DNA of 49,489 nt from a bacterium (GTDB lineage: Bacteria > Chlamydiota > Chlamydiia > Chlamydiales > SM23-39): NCBI GenBank assembly GCA_021809325.1, contig JAKBAE010000003.1, positions 1-49,489 on the forward strand. The letters run 5' to 3'. A program made the translations under genes and the position numbers. Positions 36,470-46,512 of the stretch are shown piece by piece. Within the stretch, counting starts at the first letter, position 1. Each line of letters opens with the position of its first letter. Below the pieces are notes generated by a model that saw only the letters and a list, made by a program, of their open reading frames with translations, had not been told where the DNA came from and ran no database searches.

Positions 36470-37825
36470 ATGTTGGGCGATTCCTTGATCGAAATCGCAA
36501 GAGCGCTGAAGGTTTATTTTGAGGGTGATGCGCAGGTATCTGGCTATCAAATAGATAGTAGGGGTGTAGAGCCGGGAGGCCTCTTTTTTGCCTTAAAAGG
36601 CGAAAAGGTAGACGGCCACTGCTATTTGCCGGAGGCGGCAAGGCGGGGGGCCGTGGCCGCTGTCGTCGAAAAAGGGCGGGTTTCTCAAGCGGAGCTTCCT
36701 CTCATTGAGGTGGACGATCCTCTGGCAGCTTTGCAGACGCTGGCCCGGATCGGGCTAGAGCATCGCCCTGCCCAGATTCTCGGGATCACCGGTTCTGTCG
36801 GCAAAACGACGGCCAAAGAGTTTGCCGCGACCCTTCTCGAAAAGAAATTTTCTCTCTACAAAAGCCCCGGAAGCTTTAATTCCCAGCGCACATTCCCCCT
36901 CAATCTGCTCAACCGCACAGGACAAGAAAAGCTGCTCGTCTTAGAGATGGGGATGAGCCTTCCCGGCGAAATGCAAAGGCTTGTCTCCATAGCGGCGCCG
37001 GATCTTGCCGTCATCACAAAGATCGCCCTCTCTCATGTAGCGAATTTTCCCGATGGCCTTGAAGGGATCGCCTGTGCCAAAGCCGAAATCGCCTCGCAGG
37101 CAAAAACGGGCAGAGTCATTCTCGATGTGGATTTTTTACAATACCGGACAGCCGTTGAGTTAATCCGTGCGGAAAAGATCACCTTTTCAACGCATGACCG
37201 GACGGCCGACTACTATCTCTCCTATGTCGATGGACAATACCGGATCGACGAGAGAGGAGTGCGGGCCCATCAGTTCGATCTCCCGTTCCATGAGACCCAC
37301 TTTCTTCACGACTTTACAGCAGCTCTTGCTGCGGCGCGCCAGCTCGGGATGAGCTGGGAAGAGATCGAACAGCAAACTCTCAAGCTTTCATTGCCTAAAA
37401 TGCGCTTTGAGCAGTTCGAATGGGGTGGAATGCAGCTCATCAACGATGCCTACAACGCAAATCCCGCCTCGATGCGCGCTGCGCTGGAAAATCTCCCATC
37501 TCCAAAAGAAGGGGGCAAAAAGATCGCCGTCTTCGGATCCATGCAAAAAGAGCTCGGCTCCTATTCCAAGGAGTCGCATGAGGAGATCGGTCGCCTTGCG
37601 CAAAAGCATATTGACGTCCTCTTTTCGATTGGCGAAGATGCGAAAATTTTAAACGACACGTTTAGCGAGGCAAAAAAGCCGTCCGAGCATTTCCGATCTC
37701 AGGAAAGCCTTATCGAGAGGTTGCGCGAAGTGATGCTTCCGGGAGATGTCATCCTCTTCAAAGGCGCTCGCGCCATGCAGATCGAAAAAGTAGTGGAGAG
37801 TCTCTGTGCTGCTGCTCCTCGTTGA
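36470..37825 (+). CDS. murF: UDP-MurNAc-tripeptide--D-Ala-D-Ala ligase
   Basis: IDSR, DGH, GITGSVGKTT, VLEMGMS, INDAYNANPASM. Confidence 0.94.
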   Translation: MLGDSLIEIARALKVYFEGDAQVSGYQIDSRGVEPGGLFFALKGEKVDGHCYLPEAARRGAVAAVVEKGRVSQAELPLIEVDDPLAALQTLARIGLEHRPAQILGITGSVGKTTAKEFAATLLEKKFSLYKSPGSFNSQRTFPLNLLNRTGQEKLLVLEMGMSLPGEMQRLVSIAAPDLAVITKIALSHVANFPDGLEGIACAKAEIASQAKTGRVILDVDFLQYRTAVELIRAEKITFSTHDRTADYYLSYVDGQYRIDERGVRAHQFDLPFHETHFLHDFTAALAAARQLGMSWEEIEQQTLKLSLPKMRFEQFEWGGMQLINDAYNANPASMRAALENLPSPKEGGKKIAVFGSMQKELGSYSKESHEEIGRLAQKHIDVLFSIGEDAKILNDTFSEAKKPSEHFRSQESLIERLREVMLPGDVILFKGARAMQIEKVVESLCAAAPR

Positions 37826-39011
37826 TTTTCTCCAAAGCTCTTTCGGCTGGAAAATTCCCCACGCCTTCGTCTACTTCTCCACGCGGATGATTTTGGCTGC
37901 CGCCACAGCGCTTCTTCTCACCATCTTTCTTGGGCCCCGCTTCATCAAAAAGCTCTACGAGTGGAAAATCGGACAGGCAATTCGCAGCGTCGAAGAGGTG
38001 CCTCTCTTGGCGGAGCTTCACGGTAAGAAAAAGGACACGCCGACAATGGGCGGCGTCCTCATCCTTTTTTCTATGACGGTATCTCTTTTTCTCTGGATGG
38101 ACCTGACGAACGTCTTTACTTGGATGCTCCTTCTCATCAGCCTTGTGCTTGGCGGTCTTGGAGCCCGCGACGACTATCTCAAACTACGCTACAAAAACAG
38201 CAAAGGGCTTAAACCGAGAAAAAAGATGGCCATCCAGCTCCTCATCTCCTCGCTTCTCGCTCTTTATCTTCTCTGCCCTCCGATTCAAGACGCCCTTTCC
38301 GGGAAAAAAATCCTTCGCGCGCCGACAGCGAAAGAACAAGTCCATGGCGCTCGCCCGAAGCCTCTCACAACTTCAGAATATATGGGCCGCGTCTACATGC
38401 CATTTCTCAAAGATCCTCTCTTCCATCTCAATGGGGCCTTGCGCATTGCAGCTTTTTTTCTCATCGTCTTCGTCATCACCGGGACGTCCAACGCAGTCAA
38501 CCTCACCGATGGACTCGACGGTCTGGCCGCCGGCTGCTTGATCATGGTCGCGCTCGTCCTCGGCCTCTTCGCCTTTCTTTCCAATAACATCGATCTCGCC
38601 CGCTATCTCAACATCCTCTATATCGAAGGGAGCGGAGAGATTGCCGTCTATCTCTTCGTCCTCGCAGGAGCTTGCATGGGCTTTCTCTGGTACAACGGCT
38701 ATCCCGCCCAGATCTTTATGGGAGACACCGGCTCTCTCGCCCTCGGCGGCATCATCGGTCTCGCCTCCGTCCTCCTCCGAAGAGAGCTTCTCCTCGCCAT
38801 CGCAGGAGGCATCTTCGTCTTGGAAGCCCTCTCCGTCATCTTCCAAGTCCTCAGCTACCGCTACCGGAACAAAAAACGAATCTTCCTCTGCGCCCCGCTC
38901 CACCACCACTTCGAATACAAGGGCTGGCCCGAAACTAAAGTCGTCATCCGCTTCTGGATCATCAGCCTTCTCTTCGCCATCCTCAGCGTCGCTTCTCTCA
39001 AGTTTCAGTAG
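37806..39011 (+). CDS. mraY: Phospho-N-acetylmuramoyl-pentapeptide transferase
   Basis: KKDTPTMGG, DDYLK, NAVNLTDGLDGL, FMGDTGSL, APLHHHFE. Confidence 0.96.
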   Translation: MLLLLVDFLQSSFGWKIPHAFVYFSTRMILAAATALLLTIFLGPRFIKKLYEWKIGQAIRSVEEVPLLAELHGKKKDTPTMGGVLILFSMTVSLFLWMDLTNVFTWMLLLISLVLGGLGARDDYLKLRYKNSKGLKPRKKMAIQLLISSLLALYLLCPPIQDALSGKKILRAPTAKEQVHGARPKPLTTSEYMGRVYMPFLKDPLFHLNGALRIAAFFLIVFVITGTSNAVNLTDGLDGLAAGCLIMVALVLGLFAFLSNNIDLARYLNILYIEGSGEIAVYLFVLAGACMGFLWYNGYPAQIFMGDTGSLALGGIIGLASVLLRRELLLAIAGGIFVLEALSVIFQVLSYRYRNKKRIFLCAPLHHHFEYKGWPETKVVIRFWIISLLFAILSVASLKFQ

Positions 39012-39025
39012 GAACCATCATTGCC

Positions 39026-39183
39026 GTCAACTTAAGGGCTCCGCCCTTAACAACCCGCCAAAGGGGCAAGCCCCTCTGGACTCCTTTTTCTTTTTTTCTC
39101 CTGCGCGCGCAGGAGAAAAAAAAGGGGATCCAAGGGGACTTGTCCCTTTGGCAGGTTGTTAAGGGCGGAGCCCTTAAGTTGAC
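39026..39183. repeat. Long palindromic (REP/MITE-like) element containing a bidirectional terminator-like hairpin
   Basis: 30-bp perfect IR gtcaacttaagggctccgcccttaacaacc / ggttgttaagggcggagcccttaagttgac. Apex is tttttttctcctgcgcgcgcaggagaaaaaaaa. Lies between convergent mraY and FGE genes. Confidence 0.8.
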
Positions 39184-40193
39184 AGCATTGTAGGAGACAT
39201 GACACAACGAAAACCGGTATGGTTTAGAGATGTGTCGGGGGAAGTCTTCATGCGCGCTTTGATCCGATACCCCTTGCAGTAGCTCGGATGACATAAAAAA
39301 GAGCCGCCTCGCTGTACTCGTTTGATGGCAAAAGGCTCTTGAGGATCAAAGGATGCTGCAGGCCCCTGCGGATTTGTGCAATCAGCCTTTGCAGCTTCTT
39401 TGTAATAAAGTGCATGGTAATAATCCTCGCACCACTGCCAGACATTTCCAGCCATATCATAAAGGCCGTAAGCATTCGGCTTATAGGTTTTGACAGGGGT
39501 TGTTCCATGAACTCCCTTGGCCTTTGTGCTTTTATAAGGAAACGCTCCCTGCCAAATATTGGCTTGGGGATGTTCTTCCGAGAATTCTTCATCTCCCCAG
39601 ACAAAAAGAGGCTCTTTTCCTCCCAATGCAGCGTATTCCCATTCTGCTTCGGTCGGCAATCGCTTTTTTGCCCATTTTGCATAGGCGCAAGCATCAAACC
39701 AAGAAACATGCACAACAGGGTGGTCTTCCTTTCCCTCAATGGAACTGCCCGGCCCTAATGGATGGCGCCAATTTGCTCCGGGCTTCCATTTCCACCAAGC
39801 GGCAGGATTACTGAGTGAGACAGGGCCTTTTGTTGGCTCAAATACAAGGGAAGCGGCGACGAGCGCTTCTTGAGAAGGGGGCGGTGTGCCGGGAGGAACC
39901 TGGCTCATCAATTCATCTAAGGCCGGAGGTTTTTCCGCTGTGGTAATATAGTTTGTCGCTTCAACAAACTCTTTGAATTGTCTGTTTGTAACAGGTGTGG
40001 CATCCATCCAAAATCCATCGAGTTTTACACGATGGGCCGGCCTCTCATCTGTCCTACATTCCTTTGCGTCTGTTCCCATGACAAACTCCCCAGAGGGAAT
40101 CCAAACCATGCCGGGCGGCCCGACTCCCCATCCTTTGCTAAAAATCACGAAAAACAAAAGAAAATACAGTTTTGTTCTATTCGCTTGCAGCAT
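39174..40193 (-). CDS. Formylglycine-generating enzyme (SUMF1/FGE-sulfatase family), signal peptide
   Basis: FVMG, VTNRQF, HPVVHVSWFDA, RLPTEAEWE, GLYDMAGNVWQW, RGGSFLCHPSYCKGYR (catalytic CxxxxC), GFRCV. Confidence 0.92.
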   Translation of the reverse strand: MLQANRTKLYFLLFFVIFSKGWGVGPPGMVWIPSGEFVMGTDAKECRTDERPAHRVKLDGFWMDATPVTNRQFKEFVEATNYITTAEKPPALDELMSQVPPGTPPPSQEALVAASLVFEPTKGPVSLSNPAAWWKWKPGANWRHPLGPGSSIEGKEDHPVVHVSWFDACAYAKWAKKRLPTEAEWEYAALGGKEPLFVWGDEEFSEEHPQANIWQGAFPYKSTKAKGVHGTTPVKTYKPNAYGLYDMAGNVWQWCEDYYHALYYKEAAKADCTNPQGPAASFDPQEPFAIKRVQRGGSFLCHPSYCKGYRIKARMKTSPDTSLNHTGFRCVMSPTMLST

Positions 40194-42648
40194 TATTTGT
40201 TCGATGTTTTTCTATAAATAGTTCGAGCGCATCCCGATCTAGTTGAAGCGGCGCCAATTCGATTGTCAACTGATTGATCTGGCCGCAAAAGTCGAAAGGG
40301 ACTTGATAGTCTTGATCATCTACAGGAGTCCCAGTATCAGATCCGACATTAAACGTTTCGCCCCATTGCAGCATAAAAGGAATCGTCCGCTGCATTTTCT
40401 TCCTATCCACTTCCTTGCCGTCTACGATCAATCTTCCCTCCCCCCCTTGTCCAAAATTGTCTCCTTGATAGTTAAAATGAAAGACAAGGGTGTGCTTTCC
40501 GGGAAGCAGTTTCTTGCCTTCCCAACGAGTCCGGTTTAAATTCAAGTAGTTCCAGGTAAACACAGGTTTGCCACTGAGCAGATAAAAACCATATCCGCCA
40601 AAACGGCCGCCCTGAGTCACGAGCATACCTTCTGTATTTTGATTGGGCACTTCGATCTCGGCAGTGATGGTGTAGGACCTGCCTAATAAATTGGGAGCGG
40701 CGAAATTGGGAATCTGGGAGATTTTATCTGAATAGGTAAAAACAGTTCGATCTATGCTTGGCCCCGGACGCGGCGCTAAAATCCTTTGAATGGTGGTATT
40801 ATCTAAAGGAAAAACATTGTATTTCGCTGCCTCGATCACGAAAAGGTCTTGCATTTCTCGCAATTTTTCCGGCATTTTCGCAGCAAGGTCCTGAAACTGC
40901 GTCGGATCTTCTTCTAGATTGTAGAGCTCCCATTTATAGCCGTTCATGACATCTTGAGGAAAGTCTCCTGCTCCTAGATCCCAAGGCGGGGCCGGCGGAG
41001 TCGTCGAAGCAATCCAGCCGTCATGGTATATAGCCCGATTGCCTAGCATTTCGAAATATTGTGTTTTCCGTCTGGATGGCAAGTTCTCATTTTTCTTATC
41101 CCAAGTATAGATCATGCTGATGCCATCAACCGGCTTTTGCGCCACTCCATTGACCATCCAAGGAACAGGAACCCCTATTGCATCGAGAATGGTCGGGAAA
41201 ATATCAATGATATGGTGAAATTGCGTCCGGATTCCCCCTGCATCCCAAATCCTTTTCGGCCAGGCCATGACCATTCCTTGACGAGTGCCGCCAAAATGGG
41301 AAGCAATTTGCTTCGTCCATTGAAAAGGAGCATCCAATGCCCACGACCAAGCGGCTGCCATATGCGGATAAGTGAGGTCGGAGCCCCAAACATCATACCA
41401 CTTCATTTGCTCCTGAACAGGAATGGTCACTCCGTTAAACTTAGCGATTTCATTTGGAGTTCCGATGAGCGAACCTTCAGGACTGCCGCCATTATCGCCG
41501 CTGATATAAATGATCAATGTATCATTTAATTTGCCCATGTTCTCAACTGCTTGGATGACGCGGCCAATTTCATAGTCTGTGTAAGCAAGATAGGCTGCGT
41601 AAACCTCTACTTGGCGTGTAAAGAGCTTTTTCTCTTCTTTAGAAAGGGTGTCCCATTTTGGCAAACTGTCCGGCCATAGGGTTAACTTGGCGTTTTGCGG
41701 GATGACGCCCAATCTCTTTTGATTTGCAAAAATGACCTCACGCAATTTTTCCCATCCCATGTCAAACTTGCCCTTAAATTTCTCAATCCATTCTTTAGGT
41801 GGGTGATGGGGAGAGTGCGTGCCGCCAGGGACATAGTAGACAAAGAACTTCTGCTCCGGGTTAATCTCATTCATCATTTTGAGATAACTAATCGCGTCAT
41901 CGGCAGTTGCAGTTGTTAGGTTCCATCCGGGCTTTCCAACGTAAGGTTGGATCGGTGTCGTGTTGCGAAACAAGTTAACAGGCTGCCACTGGTCTGCATC
42001 GCCTCCGACAAAGCCGTAAAAATATTGAAAGCCGAACCCAACCGGCCAATGGTCAAAAGGGCCGAGTTGGCTTGCTTGCCATTCAGGGGTGTTATGGCTC
42101 TTTCCAAACCAGGAAGTGGCATATCCGTTTTGCTTCAGAATTTCGCCCAGCGTGGCCGTATCTTTTCCAATCAGGGTATCGTATCCCGGAAAGCCGGATG
42201 CCAACCTTGTTACGACTCCTGTATGGACTGTATGGTGATTGCGGCCTGTAATCAATGCAGCCCTTGTTGGCGAACAAAGGGCTGTAGAGTGAAACTGTGT
42301 ATAGCGCAATCCCATTTTCGCAATCCGGTCCAGGGCAGGGGTGGGGATGATGCCTCCAAATGTGCTCGGCGCGCCATAGCCCACATCATCTGTCATGATC
42401 AAAAGCACATTAGGAGCTCCCTTTGGAGGAACAATTGTTGCCGGCCAATATGGCTCGGATTGATAGGCATTAAACCGGATCATTCCGTGAAATTGAGGCG
42501 GAGGCGGCGGCAGGCAGCGGGTGTCTAAGGATTCTGTCGCTTTTGGCGATCCCGGGGTGCCTTGAACTTCTTGGGCCATGACGAAAGAGCATGGCAGGAC
42601 CAGTACAAACAAGGCGGCAAAGATCTTCTTTAATAAGTTGCCTTCCAT
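40177..42648 (-). CDS. Cys-type arylsulfatase, secreted
   Basis: PNVLLIMTDDVG, CSPTRAALITGR (CxPxR), GKSH, DNG. N-terminal signal peptide. Start re-called at ATG 42648. Confidence 0.93.
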   Translation of the reverse strand: MEGNLLKKIFAALFVLVLPCSFVMAQEVQGTPGSPKATESLDTRCLPPPPPQFHGMIRFNAYQSEPYWPATIVPPKGAPNVLLIMTDDVGYGAPSTFGGIIPTPALDRIAKMGLRYTQFHSTALCSPTRAALITGRNHHTVHTGVVTRLASGFPGYDTLIGKDTATLGEILKQNGYATSWFGKSHNTPEWQASQLGPFDHWPVGFGFQYFYGFVGGDADQWQPVNLFRNTTPIQPYVGKPGWNLTTATADDAISYLKMMNEINPEQKFFVYYVPGGTHSPHHPPKEWIEKFKGKFDMGWEKLREVIFANQKRLGVIPQNAKLTLWPDSLPKWDTLSKEEKKLFTRQVEVYAAYLAYTDYEIGRVIQAVENMGKLNDTLIIYISGDNGGSPEGSLIGTPNEIAKFNGVTIPVQEQMKWYDVWGSDLTYPHMAAAWSWALDAPFQWTKQIASHFGGTRQGMVMAWPKRIWDAGGIRTQFHHIIDIFPTILDAIGVPVPWMVNGVAQKPVDGISMIYTWDKKNENLPSRRKTQYFEMLGNRAIYHDGWIASTTPPAPPWDLGAGDFPQDVMNGYKWELYNLEEDPTQFQDLAAKMPEKLREMQDLFVIEAAKYNVFPLDNTTIQRILAPRPGPSIDRTVFTYSDKISQIPNFAAPNLLGRSYTITAEIEVPNQNTEGMLVTQGGRFGGYGFYLLSGKPVFTWNYLNLNRTRWEGKKLLPGKHTLVFHFNYQGDNFGQGGEGRLIVDGKEVDRKKMQRTIPFMLQWGETFNVGSDTGTPVDDQDYQVPFDFCGQINQLTIELAPLQLDRDALELFIEKHRTNNAASE

Positions 42649-42798
42649 CCTTCCTTCTAAAAATAAAGAGTCAATTTTTCGAGCTGTTCGCTTCCAAAAA
42701 TACAATGCTCTTTCGATTTGTACACACCAGCCGGAAAAAAATCAATTGCCTTACGAGGCAATTGTAATCTTGCTGCCGCTTTTGTAATAATGGAGATC

Positions 42799-44055
42799 AT
42801 GAAAACGCTCGTCATCGGATTTTCCATCAGCGGGAAAGCCTGCGCCCGGCTGCTTCAAGCGCAAGGGAAGCAGGTGCTTGGAGTTGATCGTAAGGCGCTT
42901 GAGATGCAGACAGCGGAAGTTGTGAGCGAAGAAGCGGAGATTGACTGGGAAGAGATTGAGCAGGTTATTCTCTCTCCCGGCGTGCCGCCGGATCATAGCC
43001 ATGTGAAAGAAGCGCTCAAAAGGGGCATCGAGGTCATTGGCGAAGTAGAGTTCGCATGCCGGTTTTTGAAGAACAGGATGGTTGGGATTACGGGGACAAA
43101 TGGCAAGACGACGGTAACGTTGCTCGCGACGCATATTTTGCAAGAGTCAGGGCGTAAAGCGCGTGCGCTTGGCAATATCGGCGAGAGCTTGAGCGGGTAT
43201 GCACTTTGCCCTGATGAAGAGGAGATTTTAGTCGTCGAGCTGAGCTCGTATCAGTTAGAGACAATGGAAAAGAGGTGCTTGGATGCCGCGCTCTGTCTCA
43301 ATATCACTCCCGATCACTTGGACAGATATGGATCGATGGAAGAATATGCGAAAGTGAAATGCCGGATCGGGGATTGTCTGAAAGAGGGAGGGGAGTGGTT
43401 TGTTTCGAGGAAGGTTGCAAAGGACTGGGGCGCCTTTTTAAAAGGGGCAAGGGTTTTTGAAGAAATTGCGTCTCCCGTTGCCCCGATTTCTTCAATACAG
43501 TATATCCAATTAGGATTGCCCGAGCAGCCGAATATCGAAGCGGTTTATCCGCTTTGCCGTTATTTTGGTGTAAGCGATGAGGATTTTGTCCGCGCTTTAA
43601 AAACTTTTCGCAAGCCGAAGCACCGCATCGAGTATCTGGGGGAATGTGAGGGGATTCAGTTTTACAACGATAGCAAAGGGACGAATGTCGATGCCGTGCT
43701 CTACGCCGTCTCTCTTTTGGACGGCCCGATTACGCTCCTTGCCGGAGGCAAAGATAAAGGAGCGTCTTATCGCCCCTGGATTGAGCCGTTTCAAGGGAAG
43801 GTAGCGCGGATTGTAGTGTTTGGCCAAGCGGCCCCGAAGTTAGAAGCGGAGCTGGCCGATGCTTTTCGGCTGGTGCGCAAAGAATCGATGAAAGAGGCGC
43901 TTATAGCCGCCGTGCAGATGGCCGATAGGCCGATGAATATTTTGCTCTCGCCGGGCTGTTCGAGCTTTGATGCGTTTCAAAGCTATGAACATCGCGGCAA
44001 TGAGTTTAAGAGAATGGTTGAGGAGAAAGTATGGATCGAAAAAAAACGATCTTAA
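42799..44055 (+). CDS. murD: UDP-MurNAc-L-Ala--D-Glu ligase
   Basis: SPGVP, GITGTNGKTT, ELSSYQLE, PDHLDRY, NDSKGTN, LLSPGCSSFD...RG. Start re-called at ATG 42799 after GGAG. Confidence 0.95.
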   Translation: MKTLVIGFSISGKACARLLQAQGKQVLGVDRKALEMQTAEVVSEEAEIDWEEIEQVILSPGVPPDHSHVKEALKRGIEVIGEVEFACRFLKNRMVGITGTNGKTTVTLLATHILQESGRKARALGNIGESLSGYALCPDEEEILVVELSSYQLETMEKRCLDAALCLNITPDHLDRYGSMEEYAKVKCRIGDCLKEGGEWFVSRKVAKDWGAFLKGARVFEEIASPVAPISSIQYIQLGLPEQPNIEAVYPLCRYFGVSDEDFVRALKTFRKPKHRIEYLGECEGIQFYNDSKGTNVDAVLYAVSLLDGPITLLAGGKDKGASYRPWIEPFQGKVARIVVFGQAAPKLEAELADAFRLVRKESMKEALIAAVQMADRPMNILLSPGCSSFDAFQSYEHRGNEFKRMVEEKVWIEKKRS

Positions 44056-44699
44056 TCGCAGTGCTAGTCAATGCAGGCTTATTGGTTTTGCTCTTTATCA
44101 TGGCGCTTCATCAGGAAGAGGCTCCTATAAAGCATGCCGAGCCGCAGGTTATATCTCAGGATAGAGGGTCTCTTTTTCCCGAATTCCAGGACTATCCAAC
44201 AGAGCCTGTCTCCTTGGCGGCGGTAGATGAGCCGGTGCAAGATGTCATCCCTCAACAGCAGTACCAGCTCCCTCCTTTAGCTGTTGCGGCCCCGGCTCCG
44301 ATCGAGCCTTCGCCCGCGCCTTTGCCCACGCCCCAAAAAGCCTTTGCCGAGGTGACGGTCAAGAAGGGGGATACCCTTGAGAAGATCGCACGGCAAAACC
44401 AGACGAGCGTAGAAGAGATCATCCGCATCAACCAGCTCTCCAGCAGTTTTTTACGCATCGGTCAGGTGCTTAAACTCCCTGCTGAAAAAAGTGTAGCGGC
44501 AGCTCAGAAACCGGTCCCTATTGAAAAGCGCCCTATCGAAAATGGGCAGCAGGAATATTATACCGTAAAGGTTGGGGATAACCCCTGGACCATTGCGATG
44601 AAGCATCATCTGAAGGTGGATGAACTGCTCAAGCTCAATAATCTCAATGAGGAGAAGGCCCGCCGCTTGAAGCCGGGAGATCGGTTGAGAATCCGATGA
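44031..44699 (+). CDS. nlpD: LysM peptidoglycan-binding protein (chlamydial NlpD-like)
   Basis: N-terminal TM and two LysM domains (VKKGDTLEKIA; YTVKVGDNPWTIA). Located between murD and ftsW as in Chlamydia. Confidence 0.85.
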   Translation: MDRKKTILIAVLVNAGLLVLLFIMALHQEEAPIKHAEPQVISQDRGSLFPEFQDYPTEPVSLAAVDEPVQDVIPQQQYQLPPLAVAAPAPIEPSPAPLPTPQKAFAEVTVKKGDTLEKIARQNQTSVEEIIRINQLSSSFLRIGQVLKLPAEKSVAAAQKPVPIEKRPIENGQQEYYTVKVGDNPWTIAMKHHLKVDELLKLNNLNEEKARRLKPGDRLRIR

Positions 44700-45802
44700 A
44701 CCGCGCCGTGCTCGGACTGATCGTCTCTGTTTCGCTTTTGTTTGGCGTGGGACTTGTCATGGTTTTCAATACGACCGCGGCAGAGATCATTGACCGGTCG
44801 TTGGAGGTGAGCACCCATGCGGCTCTCTTAAAGCAGGTGGCATATGGGGCCATTGGGGTCATTGTCGGTATCATCGCCTATTTTTATGGCTACCGGACGA
44901 TCTTGAAATACAGCGTGCCGCTTCTCATTGGGGCAACGCTTCTTTTACTTTGCGTCTTTCTTCCGGGGCTCGGCCAGACGATCAACGGCGCCAGGCGTTG
45001 GATCGGCTTTGCGGGCTATACCTTTCAGCCCTCGGAGTGTGCAAAAATATTGATACCGCTCGTGTTCATCCGCTGGGCGGTTAGTGTCGAAAAAATCTCC
45101 TTTTTGCCCTTTGCAAAGGTTCTCGCCTTTTTGGGGGTTCCTCTTGCCCTCATATTTTTTGAGCCGGACAATGGTACGACAGTGATCATCCTCGCTTCGA
45201 TGACTGTCTTATTTTGGCTGTCCCGCATTCCTTGGACTTACTGGGCCGTGCCGCTTTTGGCGGTCACGCTTGTAGGAGGCGCCGTTGCCTCGCGCATGCC
45301 CCATGTGCCTGATCGGATCCGCATCTACTTGAACCCTGAGCTTGACTTGAGGGGCAAAGGCCACCAGCCTCATCAGGCAAAGATTGCTGCCGGCTCAGGC
45401 CAGCTCTTTGGCAGGGGACTGGGAGAGAGTTTGCAGAAGCTCAACTACCTGCCTGAAGCGCGCAGCGATTATATCGCCGCGATCTTTGCCGAAGAGTGCG
45501 GCTTTATTGGGATCCTTGCCATGATCGCCCTCTATATGACCTTTGCCTTTTCAGGCTTTAGCATTGCGATGCGCTGTCCCAACCGCGAGGGATTTCTCTC
45601 TGCGGCCCTCTTGACCTTTCTTGTCGCATTCCAGGCCTTTTTGAACTTGGGCATCGTCTCAGGCCTCCTTCCCAGCAAAGGGATGACCCTCCCCTTTTTC
45701 TCTCAAGGGGGAAGCTCTCTCATCATGAATATCGTGGTTCTTTTTGTTCTTTTAGATATTTCGCGTACCGCATCTGAAATGAGAGGGAATTTGACAAAAT
45801 GA
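44696..45802 (+). CDS. ftsW: SEDS peptidoglycan polymerase FtsW
   Basis: NGARRWI, QPSE, EPD, LPEARSDYI..EE.G, KGMTLPFFSQGGSS. Confidence 0.92.
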   Translation: MNRAVLGLIVSVSLLFGVGLVMVFNTTAAEIIDRSLEVSTHAALLKQVAYGAIGVIVGIIAYFYGYRTILKYSVPLLIGATLLLLCVFLPGLGQTINGARRWIGFAGYTFQPSECAKILIPLVFIRWAVSVEKISFLPFAKVLAFLGVPLALIFFEPDNGTTVIILASMTVLFWLSRIPWTYWAVPLLAVTLVGGAVASRMPHVPDRIRIYLNPELDLRGKGHQPHQAKIAAGSGQLFGRGLGESLQKLNYLPEARSDYIAAIFAEECGFIGILAMIALYMTFAFSGFSIAMRCPNREGFLSAALLTFLVAFQAFLNLGIVSGLLPSKGMTLPFFSQGGSSLIMNIVVLFVLLDISRTASEMRGNLTK

Positions 45803-46506
45803 TGAAAAGAAATGTACTGATCACAGGGGCGACAAAAGGAATCGGGTTGGCCCTCAGCCGCTTATTGGCGGATTCGAACTATTCGGTGATTGGCATCGCA
45901 AAAAATCGGGTTGAGGAGTTTCCGGGAAGGCAGTTTACCTGCGATTTAGGGGATGCTGAAGAAACTGCGGACCTTCTTGCAAGAATTCAAGCCCAGACAC
46001 CTATCGATGCGATTATCAATAATGTCGGCATCGCCCATCCGGAACCTCTCGGATCGGTCACACTTGCCCATTTACACGACTGCTATGAGCTGAATGTCCG
46101 CGCGGCAGTACAGATCACCCAAGCCTTTGCGCCGTCTATGAAAGAGAGGGGCTGGGGCCGGATTGTAAACATTGCCTCGCGCGCGATTCTTGGAGCCAAA
46201 AATCGCACCTCGTACTCTGCGGCGAAATCAGCTTTGATTGGATGCACCCGCACCTGGGCTCTTGAGCTGGCCCCCTTTGGCATCACGGTCAATGCCGTTG
46301 CACCCGGCCCGACCGAGACGGAGCTCTTTAGGCAAAGGCATCGTGCGGGAAGCGAGGAAGAAGCCAAGGCAATCGCCTCGATCCCTATGGGAAGGATTGG
46401 AAAGCCGGAAGAGATTGCCGCAGCCATCGCCTTTTTTCTCTCTGAAGGCGCCGGTTTTGTTACCGGCCAGACCCTCCATGTCGATGGCGGCGGCAGTCTT
46501 CCCTAA
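45799..46506 (+). CDS. Short-chain dehydrogenase/reductase (SDR)
   Basis: TGATKGIG, NNVG, YSAAK, VNAVAPG, VDGG. Confidence 0.9.
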   Translation: MMKRNVLITGATKGIGLALSRLLADSNYSVIGIAKNRVEEFPGRQFTCDLGDAEETADLLARIQAQTPIDAIINNVGIAHPEPLGSVTLAHLHDCYELNVRAAVQITQAFAPSMKERGWGRIVNIASRAILGAKNRTSYSAAKSALIGCTRTWALELAPFGITVNAVAPGPTETELFRQRHRAGSEEEAKAIASIPMGRIGKPEEIAAAIAFFLSEGAGFVTGQTLHVDGGGSLP

Positions 46507-46512
46507 AAATCA

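Noticed and set aside
36016-36641. Short ORFs 36016..36258, 36177..36440 and 36255..36641
   Set aside because: They are open frames across nested palindromic repeats or antisense to murF, with no protein-family motifs.
38460-39011. Strongly C/T-rich, repetitive-looking stretch
   Set aside because: Explained by CTC/ATC/TTC/GTC codons for hydrophobic MraY helices; not a repeat array.
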